Positions 55,534 to 64,000 of a DNA stretch of 64,000 nucleotides are shown piece after piece (position 1 is the stretch's first letter; each line of letters opens with the position of its first letter). The notes under the pieces were generated by a model, which worked only from the letters and a program-made list of their open reading frames with translations, was not told where the DNA came from and did not search any database. The translations under genes were made by a program, and so were the position numbers. Source of the stretch: Eledone cirrhosa (Eukaryota); the NCBI GenBank assembly GCA_964016885.1, contig OZ024753.1, positions 29,450,001 through 29,514,000 of the forward strand, given 5' to 3'.

Positions 55534-55966
55534 CATTTAATATACTTCCTTCTAAAACATTGCCGAAATTTGCAAATTTGCATATGTACTAACTCGTTAT
55601 ATAATGTAAGTTAGTTTCAGTAAGTGTTTGATAAACCTTATTTATAATGCCGCTGCCAATTTGACGTTGGCATGTCTTAAATAAGGTATATTTGCAACTG
55701 AGAACCTTATGTTATATAAGCTAATTATGTGAATGAGCTCCATTTAATAAAATACACGTTGATAAGATTAAAAATATGGTATTTGCTGCTAGGTAATAAT
55801 ATCCACACCGAATTACTTCTCCCTGGTGAACTTTGTCAGTTTTTTAATGTGTTTCTATAATATCTACTATAAAATATTTATTAACATTTGCTTTAGTATT
55901 TCATCTATATCCTTCATAGTAGTGAACAAAAGACTTCTCATCTCTCTCTCTCTCTATATATATATA

Positions 55967-56704
55967 AAAAAAAAAAAAAAAAGAAAAAAAATATTTTCTT
56001 ATTTTACGTCCTTTATATTATTGTTCTGCATTCTCCTGCATTGAACCACCTAGGTACTATGACATAACCTGTGTATTTGCTGGCATGGGCGTGCATCTGT
56101 GCGCTTATGTTAGTTGATATATTAAATTATCTATATTTATCTCCAAATCACTGATTTGTCGAGCAAACTTGTCAAAACCACTTCTAAAAAAATTTTTTTT
56201 GGGGTGTTAGTAGGCGTCAGTCATCTTACCATCCCATTCCTTCTAACTAGCCTCTGTGTCACGTGATTGATTCTTTAGAATCGGCCATTTGACTTGAAGC
56301 AGTGAGAATTTCGGTACATAGAATCCAGTCCTCGCAAGCTGTTCGATCTACCGAATTATTATTATTTTTATATGAGCCGCCAGTGTCCGCGCATTGCCTG
56401 GAGACTTAACTGAGAATAGACTTCCTGATGACGCAATGAATTCTCGACAGTTGGATTACGTAACTGTCTTTATCCCATTGCAGAAACTAATTAGTTGGAG
56501 TGAAAATTTAAGTAAGAAAAAAATTTTTTTTAAATTTAAAAAAAAAAAAAAAAAAAAAATATTTTCTTATTTTACGTCCTTTATATTATTGTTCTGCATT
56601 CTCCTGCATTGAACCACCTAGGTACTATGACATAACCTGTGTATTTGCTGGCATGGGCGTGCATCTGTGCGCTTATGTTAGTTGATATATTAAATTATCT
56701 ATAT
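55967..56704 (+). mobile_element. Hammerhead-bearing partial tandem element (568-bp period; Penelope pseudo-LTR or retrozyme-like)
   Basis: 55991-56136 is repeated at 56559-56704 with no mismatch seen; HHR lies between; (TA)n on both flanks. Confidence 0.75.
56420..56501 (+). ncRNA. Type I hammerhead ribozyme with extended stem II
   Basis: acuuc-CUGAUGA-c-gcaaug..gacaguu/aacuguc..cauugc-a-GAAA-cuaauuag-UU-ggagu. Confidence 0.75.
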
Positions 56705-56751
56705 ATATATATATATATATATATACATTCTTTTTATTTACTTTCTATATC

Positions 56752-56789
<38 letters not shown>

Positions 56790-56961
56790 AGAAGGAATAT
56801 ATATATATACATTTGTGTATGTGCGTATGTATGTATAAGAGAAGGAATATATATATACATTTGTGTATGTGCGTATGTATATATATATATAATGTTATAT
56901 ATTGTTATACTGTGGAAGGGCCATGCTGCCAATAAAAACAAGTACACACCAATTGCGGATA

Positions 56962-57146
56962 ATATGCTTTGTAGCATATAGTTACGTCCCTTTACGTTCT
57001 GAGTTCAAATCCCACCGAGGTTAGCTTTGCCTTTCATCTTGACGGGGTTGATAAGAAAAAGTACCAGTAACGCACTGGGGTTGATTTAATCGACTTCCCC
57101 CTCCTCCAAAATTGCTGGCCTTGCGCCTAAATCAGAAACCTTTATT
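56962..57146 (+). mobile_element. tRNA-SINE A, 5' truncated
   Basis: Family match. Confidence 0.85.
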
Positions 57147-57286
57147 ACTTAGCAACCGATCTAATACGCCATAGTAGTGAAAGTTCGTGTGATCTGGGAG
57201 ATATCCGGGTAGAGTTTCAGGTAGATTCCAGCTCCAGTGTAAAAATGTAAGGTAGAGATTCAACTATAATATTATAGTATTGAATA

Positions 57287-57611
57287 CATGATATAATAGT
57301 ATATTTAATATCAAATAATACGTATTACTCTTTTACTCTTTTACCTGTTCCAGCCATCCGGCTGAGGCCATGCTGGGGCACCGCATAAATATAGTAAAAT
57401 AAAAATATTATATATAATATTTTTTATACATAGTGTATATTCTATTATCTATTTTATTTAAATTATTTATTTTATTTATTTTATATAAATTAACAATTTT
57501 ATTTATTATATATATTTACAATTTATGTGTAGGCAAGTATTTCTGGAAATAGAGGTGGGGTGCTGTGGTGGGAGAGGGTGGAGGTGGCCCCAAAAGCTTG
57601 AGAACCTCTTG
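57287..57611 (-). mobile_element. Second, decayed copy of the hAT MITE at 24106-25161, with a 58-bp retroposon tail inserted at 57327-57384
   Basis: Reverse complement aligns to 24106-24303 and 25027-25072. Confidence 0.75.
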
Positions 57612-57900
57612 TGTAGTTCAATAAGATATATAAAAAAAAGGTAAAGCAAACCTGCTGAAAGTTTGACTCAGCAAACACATAATTACAATCCGCCCTTGTC
57701 TGTCAACTAACACAATTTTAACTATAAGGTCAACTAAACAGTAATATATGAGTAAATGTATTTTCTTTTCTCACAGTTATTATACTAAAGTTTGTAGCTT
57801 AATTAGATAAACTGTTTGGCAGCTGCACAATTCCTATTGGGCCTTTCAGAACTATTACAGATCGATACCGTCTTTTCTTTTCATCTTTCATTTCAAATAG

Positions 57901-57944
57901 ATTAGAGAACATATCGATAAAAATCTTGCCTAAAGCCCCTTACG
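57901..57944 (+). other. Candidate 44-nt exon (LENISIKILPKAPY)
   Basis: Long pyrimidine tract + aatAG; donor G|GTattg; phase-compatible with 59816. Confidence 0.4.
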
Positions 57945-58206
57945 GTATTGTCTGCCAATTCAACATAGTATTCTCCTCAATTATCGTTTAGCGATAAAAC
58001 GCCAATCTTTCAGATTGGTGACATACAACAGCTGTGATAACTAATGATACTTCTGTTAATTACTTTTAAAACAGCCGTCGTGTCGTGTTAAATCTAAAGG
58101 TCTTTATGGTTCGTCAGATGGAAATAACTCCTACGATTATAAATTACAAGATAATTTCAATTCTGCTTCATGTAGAATAATCTATTTGTTGGTTAAGAAA
58201 AGAACG

Positions 58207-58304
<98 letters not shown>

Positions 58305-58538
58305 CAAAGGAATTGTGGTAAGGAACTAAATGGACCATCTTAGGGTAGTAGAGTGGGAAATAGGAAAAAGTATGACCCCCGACGATAGAGCTCAAGCCGT
58401 TTCGATGGCTATTTCTGGACTAAATTAGAATGTTTTGCTTGGTGAATAAATAGCCGAACTTTTCAAGGGGGTACTTCCTTATATGAGAAGATTGTAGTTG
58501 TCAAGAGGATTGGTTAAAATTTGTTGTAAACACAAATA

Positions 58539-58796
<258 letters not shown>

Positions 58797-58822
58797 CAGT
58801 CCATAGGACGAGTTTAGTATAA

Positions 58823-58952
58823 ATAATTACAAAAAGTGACATAAACAGGTACTCAAGTTTCGTTGGGTTCTGGGGCCCAATTCATTCAGCATTGGGGCCC
58901 AGAACCCAACGAAACTTACTTGAGTACCTGTTTATGTCACTGTTGTAATTAT
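58823..58952. repeat. Palindrome with arms of about 60 bp and a hammerhead-like core at the apex
   Basis: 9-nt loop tcattcagc; minus strand reads CTGAATGA-a-ttggg..cccaa-c-GAAA-cttga-GTA. Confidence 0.85.
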
Positions 58953-59033
58953 ATCCGAATGGAGGTGGTAAAATACCAGGTCGACCATAACCCAGCAGAG
59001 GACTCGATGTTTGGGGTAGTAGAGTGCGTAATA

Positions 59034-59143
59034 TGAAAAGATTCAGGATCCCGACGACTTAGCTCCGGCCGTTTAGACAGCTAGATCCGGATCTAGCTTT
59101 CGAAACGGCCGGAGCTCAGCCGTCGGGGTCCTGAATCTTTTCA
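59034..59143. repeat. Loopless palindrome with 55-bp arms
   Basis: Centre agctagatcc|ggatctagct at 59088/59089. Confidence 0.9.
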
Positions 59144-59226
59144 CACACACATACACACTCTCACACACACACACACTCTCACACACACACGCATGCACAC
59201 ATACGCACACACAGATATATATATAT

Positions 59227-59304
59227 AGTCTGTCCCATAAAAATGTATACATAATTCAACAGCATTCTAATAAAAGTGTGAATACATCTTAGGGGCACAC
59301 TCTG
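59227..59304. mobile_element. Tc1/mariner MITE (family of 3783-3861), decayed
   Basis: Core ttcaacagcattctaataaaagtgtg with degenerate TIRs. Confidence 0.7.
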
Positions 59305-59523
59305 TATATGCAAATTTACCAATTGTGTATTTAGCCATGTAAACTTGCCAGATTCTCGTATTTCTCTGTTATTCTGAAGTAGAATATCAGAAACACTAAT
59401 ACATCGAACGACTAGCCGTATAGAACACCTTCTCCCTCATCAGAATTACCTTTAACTAGCGGTAATACTTTTCTACTACATAAATCTGGCCTTGCTCGAC
59501 AATGTTACAACTCAGTATGTATT

Positions 59524-59587
<64 letters not shown>

Positions 59588-59815
59588 CATAATCGGCAAA
59601 AACCTTAACTAGGTAGGGTATAATTCCGAACAAGATAACCTCTATATAGTTGCTATACTTGCTAGAAATATCAGTCATATCTCATTAAAATCACCTCCTG
59701 GTGTATGTGTATATATTTCACTGTTAAAACTGTCATAGATGTCGATGTTATTATTTTTGTTGAGAAATTCATGTTATAACCCTTATTTTACGACCTGTTA
59801 CCTTTTATTTTACAG

Positions 59816-59857
59816 ATAAAATAATTGAACCCCGAGTGTAAACTAAGAAGTGAAAGG
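59816..59857 (+). other. Candidate 42-nt exon ((D)KIIEPRV* or non-coding)
   Basis: ccttttattttacAG| ... aaagg|GTaagt: near-consensus splice sites; stops in all frames. Confidence 0.5.
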
Positions 59858-60227
59858 GTAAGTATTGTCCAAAATATTCTTTGCATCACACTTGTTAGTT
59901 ATATGCCAGTCTATAATAATTTGTTAGTGCAAATATGCAGAAACCATTTCTTTTGTTGGTTTAGTTTTCCTTTGAATGGTTTCTATAAATTTAATTACAA
60001 AATTGTGTATTATTTTCCACTTCATATATGTGGCCTTGCCCCCAATATTACAACTGAGTATGTATTTGTGTGTGAGGTCTGCTCTGGCCCAGAGTAGTAG
60101 TACCTGTTAGGGACCCATTTATGGGTTAAATAATTACCTTATTCGAGTGGCGCCGGTAAGGTATTATAAGCCATTGACAAGAACAATCTCGGGAATTTTA
60201 CCCCCACCCCTAGATAGAGATACATAC

Positions 60228-60275
<48 letters not shown>

Positions 60276-60827
60276 GGGGGGGGAGAATTAAAGACAATTT
60301 CCTCTATAAACTTCGAGGAAATTTGTTAGTTATATAATTTGTTAGTCTATAATAATTTGTTAGTGCAAATACGCCGAAACCATTTCTTTTGTTCGTTTAG
60401 TCTCCATTTGAACGATTTCCATAAGTTTAATTACAAGATTGTGTATTCTTTTTTCAATAGATTAAGTTAATTATTTCACTGATGCAGGAATGGCACATGA
60501 ATAAATCAATGTGATTTGGATTTAAATCACAATATTGTAAATTCATATAGTCATTTATAGACATTCAGATGTTTAAACTCTAGCAGGAATGATATTCATA
60601 AATGTGGTGAGAATAATAATTAGGCAGTTAAACATCTACTGATGGGGAATATAAAATAGTATCAATGGTTTTGTGGTTTTAATTTGAATATCTAGCTGGA
60701 TAATTGTATTTTGTGTTGTGTGTTTTTGATAAATTTAAGCTACGCAACTACCTGTTTCACCAAATGTTTTCTACCATAGCTTCGTGTTGACAAATGTCTA
60801 GTGAAATAAATATGCTAACCAGGAACG

Positions 60828-61108
<281 letters not shown>

Positions 61109-61123
61109 TTGACTTATGTTTCG

Positions 61124-61184
<61 letters not shown>

Positions 61185-61198
61185 TATATCATAAGTGT

Positions 61199-61256
61199 AG
61201 ATTAAAGTTAAAGCAAAGGATCGCTGTTTCCACTCTTTTACGAGATCTTCTGAAAT
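61199..61256 (-). ncRNA. Diverged copy of the CAGAAGA hammerhead-like family
   Basis: tttCAGAAGAt-ctc gtaaaa gag-tggaaacagcgatcctttgctttaactttaatct. Confidence 0.55.
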
Positions 61257-61540
61257 CTTCTATTAAAAAAATATATATCTATATATATATCATTATAAGA
61301 AAGTGAATAGAATATATTCATACACACATAAGTGTGCATTAAGATATATCAAAGCTTAAGACTAGAGACAATCTAGACTGAATGTAAGATTACATAATTC
61401 GTTGAGTATCTTATTAAATTTAATAAAAAATTTAAAACAAAATACCTGATAACGATCAATATATTTCCCTCATATGTATTCTCCACAAAATCAGAATACA
61501 TTTCACTAAATAACGGCGAAATTAGATATTTTGAAACGGA

Positions 61541-61880
61541 GATATATATAAAGTTGTAGTTCCTGTCTGTTTGTTCACGAACTCCTCCTATGGTTTTAGA
61601 GATAAACCCACATTACCATATATATTCTGAAACTACATTGCCCATGGTACTTGGATAAGTATATTTCATTTTAATCAAAGGGTTCCCTTCGATTTATATG
61701 AAATTTAAACCATAGGTAAATGACAAGATATAATGCATATTTACAAAATTTCAGCAAATTTCAATATTACACCCTAATGGAGTTTTTCTCCATACATTAT
61801 ATCACTGATTTAAAATCAATCATCATTTTCTTACAAAAAAAAATGTGTGAAACGCAGCAAGGCGCGGGTTATTCGGCTAG
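61541..61880 (+). mobile_element. Non-autonomous Helitron
   Basis: 3' cgc-agcaaggc-gcg hairpin, ttattcgg, CTAG|t; Helitron-like 5' tatatataaagttgtagtt (approximate). Confidence 0.6.
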
Positions 61881-62015
61881 TATATATATATAATCCTTAT
61901 CGAGCCCTCTTCAGATATTAGTCTTCACGGTCATTATTACCATATATATATTTATATATATGGAAATAAATATAAAACATCCCCGTGTTTAGCCTATGAG
62001 ACGTTAAATACAGCT

Positions 62016-62929
62016 GTCGTAGTGAAAATATAGTCGTAGTGAAAATATAGTCGTAGTGAAAATATAGTCGTAGTGAAAATATAGTCGTAGTGAAAATATA
62101 GTCTTAGTGAAAATATAGTCGTAGTGAAAATATAGTCTTAGTGAAAATATAGTCTTAGTGAAAATATAGTCTTAGTGAAAATATAGTCTTAGTGAAAATA
62201 TAGTCTTAGTGAAAATATAGTCTTAGTGAAAATATAGTCGTAGTGAAAATATAGTCGTAGTGAAAATATAGTCTTAGTGAAAATATAGTCTTAGTGAAAA
62301 TATAGTCTTAGTGAAAATATAGTCGTAGTGAAAATATAGTCGTAGTGAAAATATAGTCGTAGTGAAAATATAGTCGTAGTGAAAATATAGTCTTAGTGAA
62401 AATATAGTCTTAGTGAAAATATAGTCGTATTGAAAATATAGTCTTAGTGAAAATATAGTCGTAGTGAAAATATAGTCTTAGTGAAAATATAGTCGTAGTG
62501 AAAATATAGTCGTAGTGAAAATATAGTCTTAGTGAAAATATAGTCTTAGTGAAAATATAGTCTTAGTGAAAATATAGTCGTATTGAAAATATAGTCTTAG
62601 TGAAAATATAGTCGTAGTGAAAATATAGTCGTAGTGAAAATATAGTCTTAGTGAAAATATAGTCTTAGTGAAAATATAGTCTTAGTGAAAATATAGTCGT
62701 ATTGAAAATATAGTCTTAGTGAAAATATAGTCGTAGTGAAAATATAGTCGTAGTGAAAATATAGTCTTAGTGAAAATATAGTCTTAGTGAAAATATAGTC
62801 TTAGTGAAAATATAGTCTTAGTGAAAATATAGTCTTAGTGAAAATATAGTCTTAGTGAAAATATAGTCTTAGTGAAAATATAGTCTTAGTGAAAATATAG
62901 TCGTAGTGAAAATATAGTCTTAGTGAAAA
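62016..62929. repeat. 17-bp satellite gtc(g/t)tagtgaaaatata, about 53 copies
   Basis: Seen directly; very homogeneous. Confidence 0.98.
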
Positions 62930-63215
62930 ATTATTAGATTTTATTGATGGGTTGCATTGTGTGGAACACTAAAATGTATCAAAAAATATTATTTTGGAAG
63001 TGGTAATAAAGATAAATAAATTATTAGAATATAATTGATAATATAGTTGGACGTTATCTTTTTCCTGTAGATATGATGGATGTTGTATTTCCTGTCTGAA
63101 ATACTAATGACCATTTTTATTAAAGTTAACATCACCAGCAAGTACAATGTTTACAAAATGGGCTTTATTAGATAAAGTGTAACTTAAGACTAAAAATGGC
63201 GTAGAGCGTGGAGGA

Positions 63216-63302
63216 CACAATGGGAGGACACAACTATATCTATCACAATGGGAGGACACAACTATATCTATCACAATGGGAGGACACAACTATATCTATC
63301 AC
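63216..63302. repeat. 28-bp tandem repeat x3
   Basis: cacaatgggaggacacaactatatctat at 63216, 63244 and 63272. Confidence 0.9.
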
Positions 63303-63581
63303 GACTAATTAAAAAGCTTCCTCCGTTTCGTGTTATGTTAGTGAACGATGTGATATTGTTTAGGTCTGTGAACCTGCAAAAAGGAACGAATCAATACTGA
63401 TTTGCCGCAAAGTAAAACGTGTTAGTCTTGAATAGAAAATACATGTTAAAACAGTAACACCACTGAGTCGATGGACAGAGTAATGAAAGATTAAACAGGA
63501 TTCATTTTTTGTTGTACTAGACACAACACATCATCTATTTAGAGAGATAGATGAAGAGATATAGAGAGAGGGGGTAGATAC

Positions 63582-63634
<53 letters not shown>

Positions 63635-63813
63635 AGTAGATACATAGATAAATAGATAGTAAGATAGATAGAGAGGGGGTAGATATATATATATTTATAA
63701 ATATATATATAGAGAGAGAGAGAGAGGCAGAGAGGTAGATAGATAGAGAGGGAAAGGGGGAGAAATAAGTAGATACATAGACAAATAGATAGTAAGATAG
63801 ATAGAGAGGGGGT

Positions 63814-63849
<36 letters not shown>

Positions 63850-63931
63850 GGGGGTAGATAGATAGAGAGGGAGAGGGGAGAAATAAGTAGATAAATAGAT
63901 AGTAAGATATATAGAGAGGGGGTAGATATAT

Positions 63932-64000
<69 letters not shown>

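Noticed and set aside
59430-59445. Other CTGANGA hits (e.g. 59437 -, 14783 -, 54267 +, 38727 +)
   Set aside because: No stem II plus GAAA plus NUH arrangement; expected by chance or too decayed
62016-62929. CRISPR-like regular repeats (also 2498-3000 and 13885-14134)
   Set aside because: No unique spacers, no cas genes, eukaryotic context; simple tandem repeats

Overview
Eukaryotic, AT-rich, microsatellite-saturated genomic DNA with (TA)n, (CA)n, (GA)n, (TACA)n, (GATA)n and (CAC)n tracts. The repeat types suggest a mollusc, probably an octopus; this is inference from repeat style. No intact protein-coding gene is recognisable, and nearly all ORFs in the track are microsatellite artefacts. 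The window holds more than 25 tRNA-derived SINE copies or fragments, several RTE-clade LINE 3' ends (one with a twin-priming inversion nested in a hAT MITE), a CRE-like endonuclease fragment, MITEs (hAT, Tc1/mariner, piggyBac-like, pogo-like), two non-autonomous Helitrons and several minisatellites. It also has a few small plus-strand exon candidates. The most striking signal is a set of about ten type I hammerhead-ribozyme (HHR) folds in short elements that end in (TA)n tracts. They are arranged as partial tandems, short tandem arrays or long palindromes, which fits Penelope-like pseudo-LTR or retrozyme architecture. They include a U3-A8 compensatory core variant and a family with a fixed U4A core and stem II covariation. 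All folds were read by eye and are untested.
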